From a virus (Duplodnaviria; Caudoviricetes), in IMG/VR virus record IMGVR_UViG_3300037484_001941, positions 3,171 through 67,170 of that record: a DNA stretch of 64,000 nucleotides. One strand, given 5' to 3'. Position 1 is the first letter of the stretch. Each line of letters starts with the position of its first letter. The position numbers and the translations under genes were made by a program. This document shows, piece after piece, positions 47,698 to 56,833 of the stretch. Under the pieces are notes generated by a model. The model was given only the letters and a program-made list of their open reading frames with translations, had not been told where the DNA came from and made no database searches.

Positions 47698-48043
47698 GTA
47701 CATAGCTATTGCGGCAATCATTCTGATAGGTGGGTGTTCCTCGGTCCCTCAGGTGACGAGGAGCTCTGAGATACCTATACCTAAGATGCCTAAATCCGTA
47801 GTTACAGACAGCGGTAAGGTTGACAAGAGCAAGTTTCCTGACACCATATGGATAAAACCGCCTGTAGTAGACAATGAAAAACAGCGGGCTTATTGGAGTT
47901 TCGAAGACGTAGACCAGATCAATAAGAATCTAACTGAATGGCCAGCTTGGGGCAAAGATATGAAGGAACTCGTAGAGGGGCATAACAAACTCGTCGGCGG
48001 AGGCGGGGGCCAAAAAGAGCAGAGGTCTTGGCGACCATGGTAA
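47684..48043 (+). CDS. putative outer-membrane spanin lipoprotein
   Basis: Signal MNLGKYIAIAAIILIGG-C with lipobox Cys18; Pro-rich mature part. Confidence 0.65.
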   Translation: MNLGKYIAIAAIILIGGCSSVPQVTRSSEIPIPKMPKSVVTDSGKVDKSKFPDTIWIKPPVVDNEKQRAYWSFEDVDQINKNLTEWPAWGKDMKELVEGHNKLVGGGGGQKEQRSWRPW

Positions 48044-48046
48044 ACA

Positions 48047-48496
48047 ATGCCCCGAGAGAAGAAGAACCAGGATAGACATGTACAGTTGTTAGATGAACTG
48101 GAGGACATAGTATCCTTACTGGCACAGCAGACGGACAGTAAGACGACTAATCTTCAGGTCCATATAGAACAACAACGAAAGCAGCTAGAGGAGCAGGACA
48201 GCCGCCGCTGGAAATGGTTTGTTATCATAGCTAGCTCTATTCTTTTGGCAATAGGGATAATTACTTTCGAGATGTGGGAGCGACAATACGATAGAATTAA
48301 CTCTGTTGAAAAGCAAGTTGTCAAGATGGACACGTCGATAGACGTGCTGAAAGAGAACAGTTTGAAAAAGTACGAGTTTAGAGAGCAACTCGAAGACTAC
48401 AAAAAGAAGGCCGCAGAGGACAGGGAGAAAAAAGACAAAGAGATGGAAGACAGGATAAAATTGTTAGAAGACCTTGCGCTGCCGAGGAAAAAATAA
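48047..48496 (+). CDS. single-pass membrane coiled-coil protein
   Basis: One TM segment (WFVIIASSILLAIGII) between coiled coils. Confidence 0.65.
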   Translation: MPREKKNQDRHVQLLDELEDIVSLLAQQTDSKTTNLQVHIEQQRKQLEEQDSRRWKWFVIIASSILLAIGIITFEMWERQYDRINSVEKQVVKMDTSIDVLKENSLKKYEFREQLEDYKKKAAEDREKKDKEMEDRIKLLEDLALPRKK

Positions 48497-48882
48497 TGGA
48501 TATACTCATCGTCGAAAATGATATAGTTGTGACTAAAATGTGGTCCAAGAAATTGTCCAAAGACCACGAAGTGCGCATAGCAGAATCAGTTATGCAGGCC
48601 AAAGAAGAAATAGAGAAAAAGATGCCAGACTTAGTGATATTAGACCTACGACTTAACGGGCCTACTAATTCGGGGCTTAACATTTATGATTTTATCCGGG
48701 AGGAATTGCAGGAAAATATTCCTATCATTTTTATAACCGGACTTGCCTACAGTGTAGACCTGTTTCAGAGAGCGCAGCAGTTGAGCAGTATGGATGACTT
48801 GTCTGGCATAACTACAAAGTTAGTGGAGAAACCTATAAAGATAAACGAGCTGTCTAGTCTGGTTAATACACTAACAGCTTAA
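48496..48882 (+). CDS. single-domain response regulator (CheY-like)
   Basis: ILIVEND, PDLVILD (phospho-acceptor Asp), FITG and EKP all present. Confidence 0.9.
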   Translation: MDILIVENDIVVTKMWSKKLSKDHEVRIAESVMQAKEEIEKKMPDLVILDLRLNGPTNSGLNIYDFIREELQENIPIIFITGLAYSVDLFQRAQQLSSMDDLSGITTKLVEKPIKINELSSLVNTLTA

Positions 48883-48900
48883 TGAGGAACGGGCCGCATA

Positions 48901-51900
48901 ATGGATAAAGCAGTCGGGGGATTCAAATTCAAGTGGCGCTGGGTAGGCTTGCTAGTTGTGCTCGCGGCTCTTACTCTGACCGGCGGGTATAATTACTATC
49001 TATCTGAAACTCATCGAATAATCAACGAAAAACAAAAAGAACTTGTAACCATTGGTGAACTAAAAGTTAAACAAATAGCCCGGTGGAGGGAAGAGCGTGT
49101 TCTTGACGCCGAGCCCGTTGTTAAAAGCTTGTACTTTAGGGAAGTTTTCTTTGCGTGGTACAATGATCGGAAGGACCGGGACGCTGAGGCTAAATTAATA
49201 GACCGACTGTCTCTATTTAGAGAAATAGAAAGGTACCACGACGCGTTCATCGTGGATACTGCTGGTAATGTATTAATAGCTAGTAGCGGAAGAAATGGCC
49301 CGGTGGGCCCCGAGACATTAAGGTGTGTCCAGACAGTCGTGGAATCTAAAAAGCCCAAACTCGGCAACTTGCATTTATCCACCTACGACAAAATACCGGT
49401 CATAGACACAATGGCCCCTATCTTAAACAGTAATGGAGAGCTTAAAGGCATTCTACTGTTAAGAAGCTCCCCAAGAACCTATTTATACCCCATGTTAGAG
49501 ACCTGGCCCGTTCCTAGTAAGTCTTCCGAGGCCCTAATAGCACGCAAGCAAGGTAATGATGTGGTTTTTTTGAGCCCGCGTAAGATAGAAGAAGATGCTC
49601 TCTTTTCAAGGGTATCCATAGAAGCTGATCTACCATCGGCTAAGGCCGTTACCGGAACAACAGGGATTTATGTTGGTCCCGACTACCGCGGCCGGCAAGT
49701 TATGTCCTATTTGGCGGCTGTAAAAGATTCTCCATGGTTTCTTGTTTGTAAGGTAGACCTGGAAGAAATTTATAAAGAAACCAAGTATAAGAGAACTGTC
49801 ATTGTCATGTTTTCTCTGACAGTAGCATTCTTGCTGCTGTTGTCTATTGCGTTTACTTACCGCAATCAACAGGCTTCGGCCTTGAATAAGCTTTATCTGT
49901 CCGAAATAAAAGAAAAAGAAATTAGAGAAAAGTTCGAGTTTATGTTCAATTTTGTTCCCATGGGGATCATGCACTTTGATTCCACCGGGGCAATTACTGC
50001 TTGCAATGATCAGTTTGTTCAGATAATAGGGTCTAGCAGAGAGCAGTTAATAGGGCTGAATACGATTAAGGACATAGCAGATGAAAAGATGATAGAGGCT
50101 ATCTCCCTCTGTCTCAATGGAGAGGTGGGTTTTTATGAGGGCTACTACACGTCTGTTACTGCCAATAAGACAACCCCAGTAAGATGTGAATTTGCTCCCA
50201 TTAAGGTGGGTGGTAAGGTGCAGGGGGGGATAGGTTTAATTAAGGATATCACGTACAGGAAGAGGGCTGAACAAGCCATTCAAGTTAGCGAGTTGCGTTA
50301 CAGGAAACTGTTTGAATGTGCCAGGGATGGTATCCTAATACTCGATTATGACACAGGCAAAATTTTAGATGCTAATCCATATCTCATGGAGATTTTAGGT
50401 TACTCTCATTCTGAGTTCTTAAACAAGTATTTGTGGGAAGTCAGTCCGTTTAAAGACGCCGCTTTAAACAAAGATTCTTTTGAAAACTTGAAAGCCACAG
50501 GTTATACGCGTTACGAAGACTTGCCTATAGAAACAAAGGACGGTAGGAAAATAGACGTAGAATTTGTGAGTAACTGCTATCCAGCAAATGGGCAAACCTA
50601 TATTCAGTGTAACATTAGAGACACTACAGAAAGGGTTATTCTTCAGAGACGACAGGACTTCTTCATTGATACCCTGAAAATGCTGAATAGGCCTTTTGCA
50701 GGCCCAAAAACAATAGAGGATCTTCTCGTACTCATACAGTCTTATACTGGTATAGAGGCCATAGCCATAAGACTCCAAGAAGGGGAGGACTATCCTTATT
50801 TTGTTTACCGGGGTTTTGATAAACAGTTCATCAAGATGGAAAGTTCTCTGTGTGCTCGTGATTCTAATAGGTGTGTAATACGAGATCCTGAGGGCAAACC
50901 CGTGTTGGAGTGCATGTGCGGGTGTGTAATCCGGGGACAAACTGATCCCGCCTATCCTTTCTTTACCGATAGGGGAAGTTTCTGGACTAATAGCACTAGC
51001 ACGTTAATAAGCGGCAGCTTGCAGGTGAAATCCAGGAACACCTGTAACGCCCAGGGTTACGAATCGTTAGCTATCATACCACTTTCTACTGGACCCGAAA
51101 TTATAGGATCTTTACAGTTAAACGACAGGAGCCCGGGCGTGTTCAACGATTCTTTGATAAGGTTCATGGAAGAGATAGCCCTTATTATAGGTGTGGCGGT
51201 AAGAAGAACCTGGCAGGAGGATCGTATAAAGCTTTTGGAGGTAGCTAAGACTAAAGATCAGCTGCAGTCTTCACGGCTTTTGAATTCCGGTATAGCGCAT
51301 GAATTGCGGACCCCCATGCAGGCATTACTTAACTGCTTAGAATTAATACGGGAAGAGGTAGGAGCAACTTGTGATTACAGCTGCGAGGCCTCTGAGAAAG
51401 CAGATTGTCCAATGAAAAAGCCTGTTTGTGACAGTAAGCAAAGTATATTGGAGCTAGTCGATGACGGCCTGGAAAGAACCGAGTATTCTGTTAAGGTATT
51501 GAATTCATTGTCGGAGTACTCAAAGATAGCTAGTGCAGACGAGGTGCATTTAATTAACGTTGTTCCAGAACTGAAGACTATAATGAGGACACTTATGTTC
51601 ACCGACCAATTTAAGTGTATGAAAGAAGATAATTTTATCTTAACTAATAAAGACGAAGAGGAAGGGTGCTTTGTGTCAATAAATAGAGTTGACTTCTCTC
51701 AGCTCATAACAAACCTATGCAGAAATTCCAGGGAAGCCATTGTAAGCGAAGAGCCAAGAATAGAGATAGTAGTATCCCGTGCGGTTGAGGGGATTCAAGT
51801 TGTTATTATTGACAATGGAAAAGGAATAGATAAGGCATTAGGAAATAAGATATTTGAACCGTATTTTTCTACAAAGGAAAATCCGGACGGATATAACCAA

Positions 51901-52020
51901 GGACTCGGATTGGCAATGGTGAGAGACATCATTGCAGCCTACGGAGGGACAATAAAATATACAAGTCAGCCGGGGCACACGGAGTTCACAGTCACATTGC
52001 CATGTGAAAGTATAGAATAG
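48901..52020 (+). CDS. membrane sensor histidine kinase (Cache-like, 2 PAS, GAF, HisKA, HATPase)
   Basis: Two TM segments, two PAS-PAC blocks, Cys-rich GAF, H-box IAHELRTP, N-box NLCRNSREA, G1 DNGKGI, F-box FEPYFSTK, G2 GLGLA. Confidence 0.93.
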   Translation: MDKAVGGFKFKWRWVGLLVVLAALTLTGGYNYYLSETHRIINEKQKELVTIGELKVKQIARWREERVLDAEPVVKSLYFREVFFAWYNDRKDRDAEAKLIDRLSLFREIERYHDAFIVDTAGNVLIASSGRNGPVGPETLRCVQTVVESKKPKLGNLHLSTYDKIPVIDTMAPILNSNGELKGILLLRSSPRTYLYPMLETWPVPSKSSEALIARKQGNDVVFLSPRKIEEDALFSRVSIEADLPSAKAVTGTTGIYVGPDYRGRQVMSYLAAVKDSPWFLVCKVDLEEIYKETKYKRTVIVMFSLTVAFLLLLSIAFTYRNQQASALNKLYLSEIKEKEIREKFEFMFNFVPMGIMHFDSTGAITACNDQFVQIIGSSREQLIGLNTIKDIADEKMIEAISLCLNGEVGFYEGYYTSVTANKTTPVRCEFAPIKVGGKVQGGIGLIKDITYRKRAEQAIQVSELRYRKLFECARDGILILDYDTGKILDANPYLMEILGYSHSEFLNKYLWEVSPFKDAALNKDSFENLKATGYTRYEDLPIETKDGRKIDVEFVSNCYPANGQTYIQCNIRDTTERVILQRRQDFFIDTLKMLNRPFAGPKTIEDLLVLIQSYTGIEAIAIRLQEGEDYPYFVYRGFDKQFIKMESSLCARDSNRCVIRDPEGKPVLECMCGCVIRGQTDPAYPFFTDRGSFWTNSTSTLISGSLQVKSRNTCNAQGYESLAIIPLSTGPEIIGSLQLNDRSPGVFNDSLIRFMEEIALIIGVAVRRTWQEDRIKLLEVAKTKDQLQSSRLLNSGIAHELRTPMQALLNCLELIREEVGATCDYSCEASEKADCPMKKPVCDSKQSILELVDDGLERTEYSVKVLNSLSEYSKIASADEVHLINVVPELKTIMRTLMFTDQFKCMKEDNFILTNKDEEEGCFVSINRVDFSQLITNLCRNSREAIVSEEPRIEIVVSRAVEGIQVVIIDNGKGIDKALGNKIFEPYFSTKENPDGYNQGLGLAMVRDIIAAYGGTIKYTSQPGHTEFTVTLPCESIE

Positions 52021-52037
52021 GACAGGAGGATTTATTA

Positions 52038-52652
52038 ATGGCATACTACATCAAGAATATAAGCGAGAATTACGCTTGGATTCTGAAAAACCAGCTAGGG
52101 CCGGGAGAAACCTTGAACCTGACGAAAGTGTTCCAAGGGTTCTGTAAACCAAAGGCAGCCTCAAGGGCAGAAGCTAACAACCCGAAGTTCTCTGAATTTA
52201 ATGAGCACGAGTTCGACGAATTCTTGGACTGGGTACAGGAAGAGATTTTGGTAGACAAGGGGACCTTTGAGTTACTGAATGACGCTGACCTGCCTGACGG
52301 CGAGGAAGAGTATAGCGAGGACTTCGCTACTCGGACCTCCAAGCGGAGAGCTTTCCGAAAGGCTGCTAAGCCAATAGGAGACATAAAGGTCAGGGGAGAC
52401 GTAGAGGCGATTAAGGATAAAAGAGTCACACATAAGCAGGTAGGCAAAAAACTGCCTTCCCAGAAGGAGATTTCTCCAAAGGAAATAGCTTGGCTCCCAT
52501 TTGACAACGTGTCTAAGAGAATCATCGGTGACATCGAGGATATTCGTAGACTTAAAACGGCGTTCCGTTTGGTTCGTAATATCAATGGCCAAGAGAGAAC
52601 ACGAAAGTTGATTGAGGATAGGATCAACGAATTAGCTTCTGTGGGAAGATAA
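52038..52652 (+). CDS. hypothetical protein (head-completion region)
   Basis: AGGAGG SD, 204 aa, helical C-terminal module. Confidence 0.7.
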   Translation: MAYYIKNISENYAWILKNQLGPGETLNLTKVFQGFCKPKAASRAEANNPKFSEFNEHEFDEFLDWVQEEILVDKGTFELLNDADLPDGEEEYSEDFATRTSKRRAFRKAAKPIGDIKVRGDVEAIKDKRVTHKQVGKKLPSQKEISPKEIAWLPFDNVSKRIIGDIEDIRRLKTAFRLVRNINGQERTRKLIEDRINELASVGR

Positions 52653-53203
52653 TGATTGATCAGGCTTTCATAGATGAATTCAGGAAGGACCAGAAGCAGC
52701 ATGTTCTGGACCTAAGTAGGAATACTATCATAGGTTATGGTAGTAGTATAGAAGAGGAATGTCCTAACTGTACCTACGACGGTGTGGCTGGGGCTTCCGG
52801 TGCTTCCTTTACTTCATTTAGTGGAACCGTGACGGTGTTGGAGGGGACCCCCTACGCTAAGACTTTTGAAGCTAAATCGTTCAGAAGGCATTGCCCCGTG
52901 TGTGGGGGTAAGGGGTTCTTCTCTGCTCCTAATGAAAAAACCATAAAGGCCCATATCAATTGGGCTGATAAAGATCGTAACAGTTATCCTAATTCCCCGG
53001 TGGGAATTTCAGGACAGAATACAGTTAAGATAAAAGCCGACAGCATATACTACGATGACTTTCTTGTTGCTACCTACTTCAAGGTAGACGGTGTCACTGT
53101 AGAGCCTATAACAACCCCGGTCATCCGAGGCATGGCTGCCGCTGATGGTATTGTGGAGATTTGGTGTGGAACTACCGACACAGGGAAGGCAGTAAAGAAA
53201 TGA
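52652..53203 (+). CDS. putative head-tail joining protein with Zn-binding CxxC pairs
   Basis: CPNC and CPVC; position before neck and tail genes. Confidence 0.55.
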   Translation: MIDQAFIDEFRKDQKQHVLDLSRNTIIGYGSSIEEECPNCTYDGVAGASGASFTSFSGTVTVLEGTPYAKTFEAKSFRRHCPVCGGKGFFSAPNEKTIKAHINWADKDRNSYPNSPVGISGQNTVKIKADSIYYDDFLVATYFKVDGVTVEPITTPVIRGMAAADGIVEIWCGTTDTGKAVKK

Positions 53204-53802
53204 AGAAGATAGCCCCGGATGTATTAAAAAACCTGAAGGAGTATTTAAGCTCTGAGGGGCCTGGGGGGAAGAAGGTCATAAACGCATTCATGGAGCAATT
53301 TGAAAAGCTCAGCGAGAGATCTCCTAAGGATGACCCCACCAATTTGAAAAATCATATGATGTTTCTTTTGTCCCATATAAAAAAGACGTGGGATGAGAGT
53401 TTGAGTATAGCCTCGGACGGAACCATCAATATAGGTGTATGTAGTGACGAGACTTTGGGTTTCGATGTTAACCGGGCAAAGTTAAAGCACCACCCCAGCC
53501 CGGTTGTGTGGACTGTCTATCTTATAAGAGGAATAGGGGGAAGGTATGCCTTTGTTAACCCAGACACTTATTTTAAGAAACACGGCCACCCCATGCCCCC
53601 ACAGTACTTCGGGGGTTTTCTGATTAGCAAAAGAGCGTGGAAAAAAGAGGGCTGGGATAGCGCGGTGGGTTCTTTTGAATCCTATGAGCATCCGTCCTCA
53701 GGAGCGTCTCCTATACCGCTGTTTCAGAATGTCATTAGGAGCATTGATATACAGGGTTTGGTCTCCGAGGTATTAGGAGAGATGGAGGTAGAGGTCTTAT
53801 GA
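53200..53802 (+). CDS. putative neck/tail-completion protein
   Basis: ATGA overlap at 53200; positional inference. Confidence 0.5.
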   Translation: MKKIAPDVLKNLKEYLSSEGPGGKKVINAFMEQFEKLSERSPKDDPTNLKNHMMFLLSHIKKTWDESLSIASDGTINIGVCSDETLGFDVNRAKLKHHPSPVVWTVYLIRGIGGRYAFVNPDTYFKKHGHPMPPQYFGGFLISKRAWKKEGWDSAVGSFESYEHPSSGASPIPLFQNVIRSIDIQGLVSEVLGEMEVEVL

Positions 53803-54602
53803 AATTAACCAGGCAAGAAGATGTCAGCATGTACTTCTATCTTCGTGACATGGTCATAGGTCCACAATACGTTGAGGTTTTTGAAGAAGAAGAATTAGTG
53901 CTGGCGGAATCCGGAAAGTGGGACATGGCTTATCCTACTACTACGAACATCCATCCTTTCAGCAGAGGCACTCACAGCGGGTTGGGGCGGGGCCTGTTGT
54001 ACTTCGATCTTGCATTCGACTCTTGTCTGTTTGGGCCTGAACAAGATGATATGGTAAGAGTATATGATGGCACAGGGGACCTACCTCGCATTGATTATTC
54101 CGTAAACTACTTGACTGGACAGGTTTATTCCAATCTTGATCTCTCTGATTATTCCGTAGACTACTACTGGCATTATGTATCTGTTATTGATGCTTGGCCG
54201 CAGGAGGATGTACCTGACTTGCCTGTCGTGAGTATAGAGTTGCAGCTATCCGAAAGTCTGCCCCTCCAGCTAGGCGGAGGAGATATTAGGGGTGCTAGCT
54301 GGCATGTAGAGATTTTTGCCAACAATAAGGGAGAGCGGGACGATCTCATGGATGTAATCTTTGAGGGAATAAATCTAAGACGTTGTCCTATTTATACATT
54401 TGAGGGAGGCTTGCCTTTAACTAGAGAGGGCCTGTACAACTCAGATTTTGTGGTAGAGGAGAACCTTAATTATCCCAGTCTTTTCTTTGAAAACGCGAAA
54501 AAAAGCCTAACTGGTTTACCTAGTTGGGGTTTTTATCAGAACGAAGTGATTAACAAGTACAGAGCTGCAATAACCTTTGATACAAAAGCCTATAAGAAAT
54601 AG
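53799..54602 (+). CDS. putative tail terminator protein
   Basis: WHVEIFANNKGERDDLMDVI pattern; directly before the tail tube gene. Confidence 0.55.
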   Translation: MKLTRQEDVSMYFYLRDMVIGPQYVEVFEEEELVLAESGKWDMAYPTTTNIHPFSRGTHSGLGRGLLYFDLAFDSCLFGPEQDDMVRVYDGTGDLPRIDYSVNYLTGQVYSNLDLSDYSVDYYWHYVSVIDAWPQEDVPDLPVVSIELQLSESLPLQLGGGDIRGASWHVEIFANNKGERDDLMDVIFEGINLRRCPIYTFEGGLPLTREGLYNSDFVVEENLNYPSLFFENAKKSLTGLPSWGFYQNEVINKYRAAITFDTKAYKK

Positions 54603-54604
54603 CC

Positions 54605-54616
54605 AATTAACTAACT
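54605..54616 (+). promoter_or_regulatory. copy of the conserved intergenic 12-mer (AATTAACTAACT)
   Basis: Three nt after a stop; upstream of the tail tube gene. Confidence 0.55.
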
Positions 54617-54776
54617 AAGTGAGTGATTTTGAAGATGTGAAAAGGTAAAGGATCGGATCTGACCTAATGGTTTTGATGCTAACGTTAAAATCATAAGAAT
54701 GCCCCCACAGCGTCTAACGATTGAAAAAGCATTAAACAATTAGGACCTTTTTGACTATTATGGAGGAATACAAATA

Positions 54777-56441
54777 ATGGCAGCAAAACGTGATCGTATT
54801 CTATATGCGAGCCAGAGTGTCAGGGTCAATGGACGACTAGTCTATCGAGTCCAGACTCTCGGTTCCAACTCTACCTTCACTTCGGAAGACGTGTTCGAGT
54901 TGGGTCATCTAGACAAGGTGGATGTTGTTGACGACGTTCCTGCTGTAGCAGTAGCGCTTGACACCAATGATTTTGGTGGAGTCAACGGCATGGCCATTTT
55001 GGCTGGTATGAACCCAGATCGTATGAAGGGAGCCCCCACTTCTAGTGGCGCTTATCTACGTACGAATGCTGTGTGCACAGGTTCCGGGTCCAGGTACTAT
55101 CACGGTTTGGCTCTGGCTGATTATACTATGTGTGACGGTGTGAAGATAGTAGCACCGGTGCAGAAGGAAGCCTCTTTGGGTACCTCCGACGATGAAATTC
55201 AGATGACGCTCTACATGGACAAAGTCTATGTAAACAGCATAACTTTGACTTACAACGTTGGAGCTAACGCCACAGAGAACTACGCAGCTGAAACTGACAA
55301 CAAACGTTGGTTGGTTAACGGTGCTAAGTTCGTTACTACTGAAGAGTGGGTGATAGCTTCTCCTTCAAACAGCCAGGCGCTGAACGTCGGACTCGCCACT
55401 GGTAAGAGCATACCAGAGCTTTCCGATTGTAAGAGGGCCTTCCTCTCCTTTACCACCAACGGTAAAGAAGGTGTGGAAGTCCGAATCAAGACCGAGAGAC
55501 AGGGAACTATTTACCCTGTAGCCGCTGCAGCCGCAGCCGGTACTTTCGGCTATAATGACGGGACTAGAACCCTAACCCTACCTACAGACGCAGCTACGCT
55601 GTGGACTGAGGCCATCAAAGTTATCGCTGTGTACGCGGCTGATGCTTTTGGTGATACCGGCAACAATGCTGGTGGCGGGTTGGATTCTACTGATGCCTTC
55701 AATAAGTACTTTGAAGCCATCGACAGCACCCAATATCCAGAGGATGTTGGAGCTGTGCGACAGGGCCAGGTCGAAGTCTACTTGCTAGACCCGGATGACC
55801 CACCAGCCAATGATGACTGGGCAATGACCCTGCGTATGCAGACTGTTACCATTACGGCAACACCGACACGTACACCATTGAATGAGCTGGGCCATCAGAG
55901 ACCTTATGCTCGTCCGATGAACTTCCCAGTGGCTCTCACTACCAACACCACGACCACAGCTAACGACCTAGAGTTGTTCGCTAAGATCGCTGGTTTAACT
56001 CCTGCCAACTACGAAGACGGCGGAAGCGGTACTGACATAGCGCTGAACCATCTAATGTCCAAGGAAAACCTTTACCTAGTTGTTAAGGTATTCCAGCAGA
56101 CTGACGAGGAAGCAGGTGGAACCGGTCTTAACCGTAAGGCTATGGTTGCCAATATGTTGGGAGACGAATACTATGACTGGGACGGCGCTGGCACCTACAC
56201 TGATGTCGGTACCTGTGCAAGCCCAGACAGAGAGCGTCCTCTCAAAACCGTTATCGTTCCTAAGCTGAAAATCACGGCTGAGAACTTTAACAACGCAGCC
56301 GGTGGAGGCGGCGGAGGCGGAGCTGGGGCAACTCAGGAATTCAACTTCCGTTCATCCAACGAACTCTATGTTGTAAAGGGCGACGTCCATATTCAGGATG
56401 TGTTCTGCATGGAGAGAAACACTGCAGCTGACCAGTGGTAA
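54777..56441 (+). CDS. major tail (tube) protein with apparent tandem duplication
   Basis: VQTL...ELGH and MQTV...ELGH segments; strong SD; followed by a terminator and chaperone-like genes. Confidence 0.7.
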   Translation: MAAKRDRILYASQSVRVNGRLVYRVQTLGSNSTFTSEDVFELGHLDKVDVVDDVPAVAVALDTNDFGGVNGMAILAGMNPDRMKGAPTSSGAYLRTNAVCTGSGSRYYHGLALADYTMCDGVKIVAPVQKEASLGTSDDEIQMTLYMDKVYVNSITLTYNVGANATENYAAETDNKRWLVNGAKFVTTEEWVIASPSNSQALNVGLATGKSIPELSDCKRAFLSFTTNGKEGVEVRIKTERQGTIYPVAAAAAAGTFGYNDGTRTLTLPTDAATLWTEAIKVIAVYAADAFGDTGNNAGGGLDSTDAFNKYFEAIDSTQYPEDVGAVRQGQVEVYLLDPDDPPANDDWAMTLRMQTVTITATPTRTPLNELGHQRPYARPMNFPVALTTNTTTTANDLELFAKIAGLTPANYEDGGSGTDIALNHLMSKENLYLVVKVFQQTDEEAGGTGLNRKAMVANMLGDEYYDWDGAGTYTDVGTCASPDRERPLKTVIVPKLKITAENFNNAAGGGGGGGAGATQEFNFRSSNELYVVKGDVHIQDVFCMERNTAADQW

Positions 56442-56472
56442 TAATCACTGATCCAGATATAATGTAAAGGTG

Positions 56473-56505
56473 GGCGGGGTCGGTACATCCTTCCCCGCCT
56501 TTTTT
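56473..56505 (+). terminator. intrinsic terminator after the tail tube gene
   Basis: GGCGGGG/CCCCGCC stem followed by six T. Confidence 0.75.
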
Positions 56506-56528
56506 AAAGGTACAGGAGGTAAAGGACA

Positions 56529-56816
56529 ATGGCATCAGAGGAAACGCAAGTCCAATCCAGAAGCAGAGCTAAGTTTTTGAAAAAGATAAAGGAAGTGCAC
56601 GATAGGGCTTCTGGGCAAATTCTAGACCTCGTTGACGTTTCTCTTGGAGACGAGGGTAAATTCAAAGCTATCAGATCAAAGATTCTACGGGTCATTAATG
56701 ACGCGGGTCGTAACTTCGATAAGGAGTTAGAGCGCCATTATTTGATGGAATATGTATCTACTTCCGAGGACGTAATCGTGTTTGGAAGCGGGAATAGCGC
56801 GACTAACAATAGCTAA
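56529..56816 (+). CDS. hypothetical protein
   Basis: AGGAGGT SD; 95 aa. Confidence 0.7.
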   Translation: MASEETQVQSRSRAKFLKKIKEVHDRASGQILDLVDVSLGDEGKFKAIRSKILRVINDAGRNFDKELERHYLMEYVSTSEDVIVFGSGNSATNNS

Positions 56817-56833
56817 GGTGGAGGAACAAGGCA

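Noticed and set aside
43487-54709. 9-nt complementarity between the scaffold leader (TGTGGGGGC, 43487-43495) and the loop of the tail tube leader (GCCCCCACA, 54701-54709)
   Set aside because: A 9-mer match is close to chance expectation in a sequence this long; there is no supporting evidence.
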